The notes beneath the pieces were generated by a model. The model worked only from the letters and a program-made list of their open reading frames with translations. It ran no database searches and was not told the DNA's origin. Position numbers and translations under genes: made by a program. Shown piece after piece: positions 1 to 8,873 of a DNA stretch of 64,000 nucleotides (the stretch's first letter is position 1; each line of letters starts with the position of its first letter). The DNA is from Verrucomicrobiales bacterium (lineage in GTDB: Bacteria; Verrucomicrobiota; Verrucomicrobiia; Verrucomicrobiales; V1-33), in the NCBI GenBank assembly GCA_031411295.1, contig JANOAV010000101.1, positions 34,651 to 98,650 of the forward strand, written 5' to 3'.

Positions 1-184
1 CAGGGCTCAATCCGTTGGAACCAAGCCCAGCAAGGCTTACGCGCCAACTTAAGTGAGCGTGCATTACTGGGGCGTGCAAAAGAACGAGTATAACATTTGT
101 TTCATTCCCCCAAATCTTGCGATTTAATTTAAGGGAACCCTACAAATATGAGGGGACTAAAGGGTCCGTTTTTGCATTTGCCGC

Positions 185-889
185 TCACACCCCGCCAAAG
201 CGTCGGTCCCGCTGATGGTATTGTTTCACCGCCTCCAGGAGATCCGTAGGCTGGAAATCGGGCCAGAGTTTGTCGATGACGACGAGTTCCGCATAACTGA
301 TCTGCCAGAGCAGAAAATTGGAAATGCGCATCTCCCCGCTGGTCCGGATGAGCAGTTCCGGGTCTGGGTAGGCCTTGGTGTAGAGGTGCTGGCTGAAGAC
401 TTCGGAGGTGAGGGCGGCGGGATCCAGGGTGCCGGCTTGGACTTCGGAAATGATGGTTTGCACGGCATCCAGGATTTCCTCCCGGGAGCCGTAACTGAGG
501 GCCAGGACGACGGTAAGTCCGGTATTCTTGCTAGTAACGGCAATGGATTCGGCCAGCTTCTCCCGGCAACTGGCTGGGAGTTGGGAAATGCGGCCAATGG
601 CTTGCAGGCGAACGTTTTTTTCGATGAGGGAGGGTGTTTTCTCGACGAGAAATTTCTCCAGTAAGTTCATCAGCGCGGCAACCTCCAGGGCAGGACGCTT
701 CCAGTTCTCGGTGCTGAAGGCGTAGAGGGTGAGGAATTCCGCCCCCAGCTCCCGGCAGGCGTCCACGCAGTTTTCCACCGCATCCGCTCCCGCCCGATGT
801 CCCTGCGGTCGCATCCAGCCACGGCGCTTGGCCCAACGGCCGTTGCCGTCCATGATAATGGCGATGTGTCGAGGGGGAGGGTGTTTCAA
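185..889 (-). CDS. uppS: Undecaprenyl diphosphate synthase (isoprenyl transferase)
   Basis: HIAIIMDGNGRWA, LYAFSTENWKRP and RTSGEMRISNFLLWQ motifs of cis-prenyltransferases; C-terminal RRFGG. Confidence 0.97.
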   Translation of the reverse strand: MKHPPPRHIAIIMDGNGRWAKRRGWMRPQGHRAGADAVENCVDACRELGAEFLTLYAFSTENWKRPALEVAALMNLLEKFLVEKTPSLIEKNVRLQAIGRISQLPASCREKLAESIAVTSKNTGLTVVLALSYGSREEILDAVQTIISEVQAGTLDPAALTSEVFSQHLYTKAYPDPELLIRTSGEMRISNFLLWQISYAELVVIDKLWPDFQPTDLLEAVKQYHQRDRRFGGV

Positions 890-1089
890 AGGATGAGTGG
901 TCGAAGATCAGAGAGGCGGATGAAAGCGGGACGATGTCCAAACGCAAGCCTAGCGGAGGATCTTGCGGGCTCAAGCGTCTTTCGTGAAGGAAACTGGGAA
1001 ATCCTCCACCTCCATGCGAATGTGGAGCTGCCCGCTGGGCTGCTCCTCAGGTTGTCGCACGATTCAGCGACCTCGAGCTCCATCGCTAC

Positions 1090-4000
1090 TCACTCCTGCG
1101 GCGGAGCCACTTCCCGCACGGTGGCTCCGTGCTGCTCGCTCATGATCAGCAGGCTGTAGCGGGTGATGCCTGCGGTCGGCGTGCTGACGCTCACGTAGTC
1201 AAACTTCCCGCGCAGGTCGGTGTAGCCGTCTTTGTGGAACTGGGGAGTGCCGTTGACTTCGGCGTAAACTTTCACATAGACCTTGCTCAGTGGCCGATGC
1301 CCCTTCGTAGAGGGAGCGCCCTCGCTCCCTTTATCTGTAACTGGAGCGCCCCCGCTCCCCTCAGCCGCCAGCACCTGAAGTCGCCCTTGGGCTTGGCTTA
1401 GGTTTACCTCCAGTTCATTGGCGAAATGCGCCTGCGCTTGCTTCTTCCCGCCGCCCGTGATTTCCACCAGCACGTTGGCATGATGGTATTCCTTGGGTAA
1501 GGCGAAACGATGCGTGGTCTGGTCGGCGGCCAGTTGAAGCGTCTCCGTTTTGCTAGGTTGAATCAAGCTAAAGCGTGCTGGATCACTGCTGACAAATGGT
1601 GCCGCACTGAAGAGGAACTCAAGATCCATCGCGTAATAGTTCACGGTCACAGTGGTTAGCTTCTGATATTTCAACGCCACATTCGTGCCTTCCATCTTGA
1701 ATTCCAAATGCGGTTCGGAAGCTGCCAATTGGTTCTGCTGTTGCTCTCGACTGTCCGCCTTCATGGCCTCCGTCTTGCCGCCTTCCAGTTCGTCCAGTTG
1801 CGCCAGCACCTCTTGGAATTTCTCCCGCCAATGATCAACGGGCTCCGTAATGTGCAGCGTGGCCAGCGCGCGCGCCGTTTTGGTATCCGCTTGCTGCCAA
1901 GCCAGCACCGCTTGCAGGTAGTCCATCTGGAGTCGCTCAGCCACATCATCGGTGGTGATGCGCTGCTGCGCGTCACCCTTCTTCTGTTGTTGGGACGGTT
2001 CTGGGGTAGCGCGCGGCAGCGCGCTACCACCGTTCAACATGTCCAGCGCCTCGTCCACCCGATCCTGCAGCAGTAAATAATACGTCACTGCCAGCCGATC
2101 CTCCGCTCGCAACTCCCGCTGATGCGCCAGCACGTTGAGCAGCGCAGCGTATTGTTTCCCCAAGGCATCATTCAAGACCACCGGCTTCGATCCCATGCGA
2201 TGCGCCCGCGCATTGACCAGCGGGCTGTATTCCAGGTGCTCGTAATTTTTCAACGCCACCGGATCGATCACCAGCAACTTGCTTTCCATCGCAGGTCCAC
2301 AGCCATTCAAGAAATCAGCCTGCCCCAGTAAATATTCCCGCATCACCTCCGGCACGTTGTGCTTGATTCCATAGGACCAAATCGTGTCGTCATAGAGTCG
2401 ACGTTCCTCCAACGCTGGAATGAGCTTGGCAAAGAATGCCGCATCCTGACAGCGCCAAGCAATTTGCGATAGATCTAGGCCCTGACAATTCCGCTTGGCA
2501 ATAAACTCCAACACTTGCTCCGCCGTGCCCATTTGGCTGACGTAGAGCCAGGAAGTTTGATCCAGGTCCGACAGTTCCCGCACCACTTTAAAGGAAGTGG
2601 CCGGAGCACTGGCCAACACCGTTTCCCCTTGGCAGACATGCACTGGGAAATGTTGATAGGTGCCAGGTTGCGGGAAGTAGAAATAGTGTTCCTGCACCGC
2701 CGCACTGCCAGCTTCGATATGCAATGGCACATTGGCCGTGGCCTTGCCGCCCAGCACCGGCAATGCTCCGAGCGGAATCTGTAGCAGAACTTCCGTGGTC
2801 TGATGATTGGCGGTGGGGTTGGTGATCATCACCTCGCAACCATACACCACCCCAGTTAGGAATTCCTTCGTCACACGCTTCAGTTCCTTTTCCTGACCGT
2901 TCTCATTCCACCGATCATCCGCCCGGAAGAAACTCTGCCGCACCAGCAGCTTGCCCTCGGCCGCCATGTCTGCGGGCTTCAGTGCGCGACGGAAGAGCAG
3001 CGTTCCGTGTGCGGGAGTTAGGGTCAACGTGTTATCCTTGAGCGATGACTTCGCAGTGGTCGCCTCACTGGGAAATGGCAGATCCAGCACGGCCAGGGCG
3101 CAGAGGATTTCCGTGAAGTTGCCGCTGGCTTCCAAGAGGTTCGTCGAAAGAAATCCGCCCTTGCCATCACATGCCGCATAGTCCTTCCAGAAAGCATTCA
3201 CGGAGATCAGTTCGGTCTTCGTGTCGCTGCTGCGTAATTGATAGTAATTGTTCTCCGCCCACTCTTGCGTGGGTTCCTGCTTGCGGTAGAAACGTTGCAG
3301 TTGTTCGCGTCGCTCCGCTTTGTCGGCGGCCCGGTTTGTTGTGCCTCGCGGCACTCCTGTTTCCCAGATTTCATCGACCATCCGCAACATGTGGGCGCGG
3401 GTATGATCCCGAGCGCTCACGAGGTAGTTATCAATTTCGTGCTCGGTCTTTTCCAGCCATCTTCGCGCATCTGGATTGTGGGGATCAATCGCGAGAATTT
3501 TGTTGAACGAGTCTTCCGCTTCATTGAATTGCCCAAGGTCGAAGTAGCCACTTCCTTGCTTCAAATATTTTGCCACTTCCTCGGTGTTTTTGTAATGTCG
3601 GTCGGTCATCGACGGATTGTAGTAATCAGGATCATCCAAGCGTTTTAGCAAAGTCTTTACGCTCCCGTTATCATTATCAAAATCCAGCGCCTCGGCTAAA
3701 AGATTCTTCCCTTCATCGAAACGCCCGTTTTTCCCAAGCTTGTCCGCTTGCTTAACGCTGGCGTTGGAAAATTTAGTCACTGTGCGGGCTCGATCCTCGG
3801 CAGACATTGGAGCATTTGGATACATTCCCAAGGCGGCACGGTAACCTTTGAGTGCTCCTTCGTAATCCCCATCTGCCATCATGCGATCTGCATCGGCTTC
3901 TAATTTCTTTCCATTTTCGATGCGTTGAAGGCGCTTTATGGTTTCTGCTTCACTCAATTTTTCTTCTGGTGCTGCGAAGGGATCGGCGGCCGCTGGTGGA

Positions 4001-7000
4001 GAAAAACTGGGCAGCTTTCCTCTTGTTGGTGATTTGAGATTGGGAGCCTTGCTGGCACCCAGGTCATCGGTGATTTTATCGATGAAATCCAACTGCTGAA
4101 GGGTATTCTTTACAATCAGTCGATTGCTACCGGGCAGGTATGTAGCGCTCGATCCTAACGCTTCGAAATTGGCCCCGAGGGCACTTAAAACTTCCTTGGC
4201 GGTGGGCGGGGGGCCTCTTTTCGCGGGATGCACAGTTGCTGGAGCAAACGGATCCGCCACCATTCCACTGCCGTCTCCTCCAGCAGTTCCGAGGAAATTA
4301 GGAGCTACTTTGAAGACTCTAGTTTCCAAGCTGTTGCTACTTCCATCAAGCGAGGAAATGATCACAGCATGGGGATCAACACGGTAGCTTAAACCAGCGA
4401 GTGAGCAAACTTGATCCAGGGCAACGATCAAGGGCACATCTCGTAGCTCCAAGGTGATGGGGGCGGTCGGCCTGCCTTTAGTGTCCAGGATGAAATTTAC
4501 CCCTGCCTTGTTTGGATCTAGGTTATCCAGTTCGATGGATTTGCTGCGGAGAAACGAGATCACTTCCTCGATACTGGCTTTATCGAAGCTCAGCAGTGGA
4601 AGATTCGTGTTCCTCAGTTTTAGCATGTTGGCGCTTCCTTGCTCCGCAAAAGCTGAGGCATCAGGTGCAGCATATGCCGCCGCAGCCACCCCCATCTCCG
4701 CTGCCGAGCCACCAGTCAGCGCGGAACCACCCAGCGCGGCATCGAACATTCTTCCTAACTGCGCGACATCTGGCGTGGTGTTTTCCCAGAGTTCGCGAAT
4801 CTCCCGTGCGGTGGCAGCGGCTTCTTCGGGATGGCGTTGGCCCAGGAGGATGCGTTCCAGCGTGTTGAGTTGCCGATAGTTCCAACTGGTGAGATAGGAT
4901 TTGAGATCATCGCCCAGCAGGTAGTGATCGAGGAATGTTTGGTCCCGTTTGTTCTTCAGATAGGGCAAAATAACGACCTTGAAAAACTCGGGGTCTTTGC
5001 GTTGCAGGAAGAAGTTGAGTTCGTGGCAGGCGTATTGGGAGTAGAGTTCGCGTTGCCGCTCGGGCTTCAACGTGGGCCATTTCGGCAGCCAATCGAAATA
5101 ATGCAGCCTCGCCTCCTCGTTCAGTGTCTCGTAGAGATTGAAGACTTTCCCCAAGTCCTCCATGACTTCGAAGTGCGTGTTCGAGACATCCGGGATCGTC
5201 ACGGGCACGTCCTTGGGCAGAATAGATATTTCATTGTGCATCGCAAAATGCGCCTTGGGATTCAGCCCGTTCGTAAAACGCAGATCCCGCACCTCCGTCT
5301 TGGCTGCGGGCAACGACAGGTTACGTTCGATGGAGCTTTGGTTATCCATTGCCAGCAAACGGATAAACTGCGCGTCATTCAACGCAGCGCGTTTCACAAT
5401 GATCTTTCCGTCCTTGTCAGGCTTCAGGTTAAACATGGTCACGCCGGGATGGGTTAGGAAGCTGAGGTCGAAACTGAGCGGATCGCGATGCGAGGGTTCG
5501 TTGCGGCTCCGCATTGCTGGCGGTAGCATGCCAACAAAACCTAAACCATGGCCGGGACCGACGCCTTGACCAAAACCCGAGTCCTGCGTGGTCGTTTCAC
5601 CCGTTGCCATGGGATTCAAGAGCAAGCCCGGCCTTGGTAACATATTCCCCGGAAACTTCTTCACCCCTCTCCGCTCCATGACGTAGCGGTATTCCGCATC
5701 CAAGGTGCGGGAGGGCAAGAAGCTGGTTGGCAATGCGTCCCAAGTCCACGGTGAGAAGGAATTCGGGGGCGGGCCTATCAATTCTCCGATAGACTCAAAA
5801 CCATCAAACTCCGGAACAAATCGACTCGCCAACAAATGCAATCGCGCCTCAGGTCCGGCTCCACCCAGCGTAATTTCCAACTGGCCAGGGTCCAGCTTCG
5901 TGGAGATGATTTGCAGGGTGCCAAATTCGGCTGCGTCCATGGTTCGAGCCTCGCCCAGGAGATGCGTCGCCACGTTTTTTCCGGAAGAAACCTGAATGTA
6001 GTAGGTCTGAAAAGGCTCCCCATACCGCAGGCTGTAATCACCAGGAGGAAGACTATTCAGCACAAGATAACCCGATTTCACCTTGGCAGTTTTATCCGAC
6101 AAAACATCCTTCACAAAAAGGCCGCGATTTCTCTCCAGCAGGGAGACTGAAGGTGCGCTTGGTTTCTCCGCCATGCTCAACCATGGCAACACTATCGGCT
6201 GTCCGGCGGTTACTTGTATCACGTTGCCGTTGCTGGAGGAAGCTTTGGGGTGGGGGATGAGAAAGTTGGCACGATGCCCGCCACTGGCTACCTCAATGAC
6301 CTGGATTCCTTGCATCGCTCCAAGTTCCCCCATGCCGCGAGCGTCGGTCGTGAAATTCACTTTTACAACATTCGTGAATTCCCCATGATATAACCCAATC
6401 TCACATTGCTCCCCGGCCAGTGGCTCCCCAGACAGCCCAAGTCGCTCAATGAAATAACTGCCATCAATTTGCGTTAGCCAAATGCGGGAGTGAATTTTTG
6501 CCTCGGATAAATTCTCCGCCACGGAAACCGAAGTCTCTGCGTGTAAGTCCAGCTTCCCTCCCGTGGTCAGGCTGGTGATCTTCCCTTCCAGCTTGAAATG
6601 CAGCGATGCCAGGCGCTCGGGCACCGTGAATTCATATGTGGCTTCTGCATCGGCTTTGAGCTTTAGCGTTTCATCGTGCACGCTCGTTTCGGTGCCGTCG
6701 TGGTTATTGGCACTCACAGTGAGTTTCACCTCTTCCAGCAGGGAAATGTCGATGGGAGTTTGGTTGATGAATAAGCTGGGCCGAATGGCCACGGTGGCTT
6801 TGTGGCCGCTGACGAGCGATTCCATGGGGACGTGGAAGCCTGCTCGGAGGCTGTATTCCTCGCCTGCGAGGTTCACGGTTTCCACTTGAGCAAAGCCTGC
6901 TCCATCCGTGACGATGATTGGCTGCGGACCGGGTTTACTGGAGAAGGGTAGGAAAATTTCAAAATCTGTGGAGGGCGAGGTGACGAGACCCGGGGCAGCA

Positions 7001-8748
7001 CCTGTGGGGGCGGCGGCGGGTGTTGCTGGTCTCCTAACGTCGCCCTCCACTTTCCTCTTGATTTTGAATTCCTGGCCTCCGACCAGGGCGGTGGCTTGGG
7101 GGATGGGTTGCAGCGCTTCATCCAGCACCGTGATTGCAGTGCCGGCAGCACTTACGCGGCTGATGACTTTTAGCTTCCCCTTACGAATCAATGCGCGGTT
7201 GGATTTCCCGTTGCCCATGAAATCGATCACCCACACCCCGCGTTTCTTGCCTAACTCAGGGAATGCGAAATGCCGCGACATCCGTCGCATCGGTGGTTCC
7301 GCGTAATCTGCCTGCTGCGTGAGATTCGGGATCAGCCCATCCAGATTGATGCCCGGATCAAGACTGGTGGCTCCGCCGCGATAGTAGTTCAGCGTGTTTA
7401 GTTCAAAAATCTGCACTGCCAGGTGCGGCACATTTTTGATGAATAAATCCAGGGCTACTGCTTGGTCAGGAGCGAATTCCAGTGGATTGGTGGGCGCGAA
7501 ATCAATGTCCACTCGATCCCGCAATCGCTCAATTTCCGCTGGAGTTACCATCGACGCCAGTTTCTCCTCATCACCTGTTCCGGCGGTGAGATTGGCTTCA
7601 GCGAAGATCGATTTCACCACGTCTTGGTCGAGGTCAGGAACCGGCTTAGCTCCTGCCAGGAAATGCAGCAGGTAGTTCCGCACTAGTTCATCATCTGCTC
7701 CCACATTGGGAAACCCGGTGATGGCTTGAAAGTCTCCGCCTAGCTTCAAATAGTCGCTTGGCTGCGTCTGCTCGTTGGCCTTGAACGTGCTGAGGTGCGG
7801 CGTGCTCCATGGCAGCGCCAGATAGGCTTGAAGAAGATCAATCGTTGGCTTTCCCCGACGCCAATCATGATCCAGTCGATGATAGAGCACGTGCGCTTTC
7901 AACGAATTAAACGTTGCCGCCAGTGGCTTTACAAAGGCATACGCGGTAGTGAGCCACTGCTCGCGTGCGGCGGTGTTGGTGGCCAGATTCACTTCCTCGC
8001 TGGGCTGAAGTTTCCGCAGCCATGCGTGAATGAACTTGGTGGATAGCAGCAAATCCGGTTTGGCCTTGCTGAGCGTTTCCAGTTGCGGGATCAGCAAATT
8101 TTCGTGGAGGGGAAACTCACCAAACCCCGTGGATGCCTTGGTCTGCAAGTCCGCCAGCACCAACTCCTGCAGTCCCGGTAAATCCGGACGTTCCAGTTTG
8201 CGAAGCACATAGCGACGCTGAGTAGGTGTGAGCGGCACCTTGTCCCGCAGCAGCGATTCCAACGCTGGTAGTTGCAGTCCGTTCAGGTCCTCTTTGCCAT
8301 CCATTGCCTGCTTCAGGAAAACATCCCTGGCAATGAGCGCAGGATCCAATTTCGCGGGGAGATTCGGCTTCGCATTGGGGACCTCCTGGTTGTGATTGAA
8401 TTGCAAATTCAGCGCTTCTGTCAGGTAAGCCAGCGTGGCCTTCGGGTCCGTCTCATAAATCAGCAGTGCCTGCCGACGCTGGATCTCCTTGCGCAACGAG
8501 GATTCCTTGGTGCGCGCGGTCCATTCCTCCAGCAGCGTTTTCAACTCCGCCTGTTTTCCGGTGTTTTGGAAATGCAGCGCATGGTAGAAATAGTAATCCT
8601 CGGTGCCCGCCACCAGTTCCTTGAGCACGGCTGCGCGATCCTGCGCCAGCGCGAATTTCTCCACGAAGCCAATTTCCTGCTCCGCCCGCAGCAGCGAGCC
8701 AAACATGAGGGACCAAACAACAGAGCATCGGAGGAGTCGGGAGTTCAT
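1090..8748 (-). CDS. Very large (2552 aa) secreted conserved hypothetical protein with internal secretin-N-terminus-like (STN + TPR) block
   Basis: Uninterrupted 7.6 kb ORF with N-terminal signal peptide; C-terminus KVYVKVYA...KDGYTDLRGKFDY; internal TPR-like and STN-like segments. Confidence 0.85.
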   Translation of the reverse strand: MNSRLLRCSVVWSLMFGSLLRAEQEIGFVEKFALAQDRAAVLKELVAGTEDYYFYHALHFQNTGKQAELKTLLEEWTARTKESSLRKEIQRRQALLIYETDPKATLAYLTEALNLQFNHNQEVPNAKPNLPAKLDPALIARDVFLKQAMDGKEDLNGLQLPALESLLRDKVPLTPTQRRYVLRKLERPDLPGLQELVLADLQTKASTGFGEFPLHENLLIPQLETLSKAKPDLLLSTKFIHAWLRKLQPSEEVNLATNTAAREQWLTTAYAFVKPLAATFNSLKAHVLYHRLDHDWRRGKPTIDLLQAYLALPWSTPHLSTFKANEQTQPSDYLKLGGDFQAITGFPNVGADDELVRNYLLHFLAGAKPVPDLDQDVVKSIFAEANLTAGTGDEEKLASMVTPAEIERLRDRVDIDFAPTNPLEFAPDQAVALDLFIKNVPHLAVQIFELNTLNYYRGGATSLDPGINLDGLIPNLTQQADYAEPPMRRMSRHFAFPELGKKRGVWVIDFMGNGKSNRALIRKGKLKVISRVSAAGTAITVLDEALQPIPQATALVGGQEFKIKRKVEGDVRRPATPAAAPTGAAPGLVTSPSTDFEIFLPFSSKPGPQPIIVTDGAGFAQVETVNLAGEEYSLRAGFHVPMESLVSGHKATVAIRPSLFINQTPIDISLLEEVKLTVSANNHDGTETSVHDETLKLKADAEATYEFTVPERLASLHFKLEGKITSLTTGGKLDLHAETSVSVAENLSEAKIHSRIWLTQIDGSYFIERLGLSGEPLAGEQCEIGLYHGEFTNVVKVNFTTDARGMGELGAMQGIQVIEVASGGHRANFLIPHPKASSSNGNVIQVTAGQPIVLPWLSMAEKPSAPSVSLLERNRGLFVKDVLSDKTAKVKSGYLVLNSLPPGDYSLRYGEPFQTYYIQVSSGKNVATHLLGEARTMDAAEFGTLQIISTKLDPGQLEITLGGAGPEARLHLLASRFVPEFDGFESIGELIGPPPNSFSPWTWDALPTSFLPSRTLDAEYRYVMERRGVKKFPGNMLPRPGLLLNPMATGETTTQDSGFGQGVGPGHGLGFVGMLPPAMRSRNEPSHRDPLSFDLSFLTHPGVTMFNLKPDKDGKIIVKRAALNDAQFIRLLAMDNQSSIERNLSLPAAKTEVRDLRFTNGLNPKAHFAMHNEISILPKDVPVTIPDVSNTHFEVMEDLGKVFNLYETLNEEARLHYFDWLPKWPTLKPERQRELYSQYACHELNFFLQRKDPEFFKVVILPYLKNKRDQTFLDHYLLGDDLKSYLTSWNYRQLNTLERILLGQRHPEEAAATAREIRELWENTTPDVAQLGRMFDAALGGSALTGGSAAEMGVAAAAYAAPDASAFAEQGSANMLKLRNTNLPLLSFDKASIEEVISFLRSKSIELDNLDPNKAGVNFILDTKGRPTAPITLELRDVPLIVALDQVCSLAGLSYRVDPHAVIISSLDGSSNSLETRVFKVAPNFLGTAGGDGSGMVADPFAPATVHPAKRGPPPTAKEVLSALGANFEALGSSATYLPGSNRLIVKNTLQQLDFIDKITDDLGASKAPNLKSPTRGKLPSFSPPAAADPFAAPEEKLSEAETIKRLQRIENGKKLEADADRMMADGDYEGALKGYRAALGMYPNAPMSAEDRARTVTKFSNASVKQADKLGKNGRFDEGKNLLAEALDFDNDNGSVKTLLKRLDDPDYYNPSMTDRHYKNTEEVAKYLKQGSGYFDLGQFNEAEDSFNKILAIDPHNPDARRWLEKTEHEIDNYLVSARDHTRAHMLRMVDEIWETGVPRGTTNRAADKAERREQLQRFYRKQEPTQEWAENNYYQLRSSDTKTELISVNAFWKDYAACDGKGGFLSTNLLEASGNFTEILCALAVLDLPFPSEATTAKSSLKDNTLTLTPAHGTLLFRRALKPADMAAEGKLLVRQSFFRADDRWNENGQEKELKRVTKEFLTGVVYGCEVMITNPTANHQTTEVLLQIPLGALPVLGGKATANVPLHIEAGSAAVQEHYFYFPQPGTYQHFPVHVCQGETVLASAPATSFKVVRELSDLDQTSWLYVSQMGTAEQVLEFIAKRNCQGLDLSQIAWRCQDAAFFAKLIPALEERRLYDDTIWSYGIKHNVPEVMREYLLGQADFLNGCGPAMESKLLVIDPVALKNYEHLEYSPLVNARAHRMGSKPVVLNDALGKQYAALLNVLAHQRELRAEDRLAVTYYLLLQDRVDEALDMLNGGSALPRATPEPSQQQKKGDAQQRITTDDVAERLQMDYLQAVLAWQQADTKTARALATLHITEPVDHWREKFQEVLAQLDELEGGKTEAMKADSREQQQNQLAASEPHLEFKMEGTNVALKYQKLTTVTVNYYAMDLEFLFSAAPFVSSDPARFSLIQPSKTETLQLAADQTTHRFALPKEYHHANVLVEITGGGKKQAQAHFANELEVNLSQAQGRLQVLAAEGSGGAPVTDKGSEGAPSTKGHRPLSKVYVKVYAEVNGTPQFHKDGYTDLRGKFDYVSVSTPTAGITRYSLLIMSEQHGATVREVAPPQE
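1307..1362. repeat. Tandem REP-like hairpins inside the large CDS
   Basis: GTAGA-GGGAGCG-CCCT-CGCTCCC followed by GTAACT-GGAGCG-CCCC-CGCTCC. Confidence 0.55.
1954..2028. repeat. Pair of related GC-rich palindromes inside the large CDS
   Basis: GGTGATGCGC-TGCT-GCGCGTCACC (1954-1977) and GGTAGCGCGC-GGCA-GCGCGCTACC (2005-2028). Confidence 0.55.
6968..7050. repeat. ~83 bp palindromic (REPIN/MITE-like) element inside the large CDS
   Basis: Ends GTGGAGGGCGAGGTGACGAGACC...GGTCTCCTAACGTCGCCCTCCAC; same family as the intergenic copies at 56201-56388. Confidence 0.85.
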
Positions 8749-8812
8749 AGGGGTTATCCCTACTCGTTAACGAATTTTTCTCCAAGGAGAAAATCAGTGA
8801 GATTGCAGTCAA

Positions 8813-8859
8813 GCGGAGCGATGAAGCGTAAAGTAGTCATCATCGCTCCGCGTGATGAC
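8813..8859. repeat. REP-like palindrome (GTCATCATCGCTCCGCGTGATGAC family)
   Basis: GTAG-led hairpin with partial inverted copy GCGGAGCGATGA; related copy at 63971-63994. Confidence 0.6.
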
Positions 8860-8873
8860 CAGCGCGTAACGCC

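Noticed and set aside
1..184. Possible gene start (e.g. cdsA) downstream of uppS
   Set aside because: No recognisable coding sequence within the window
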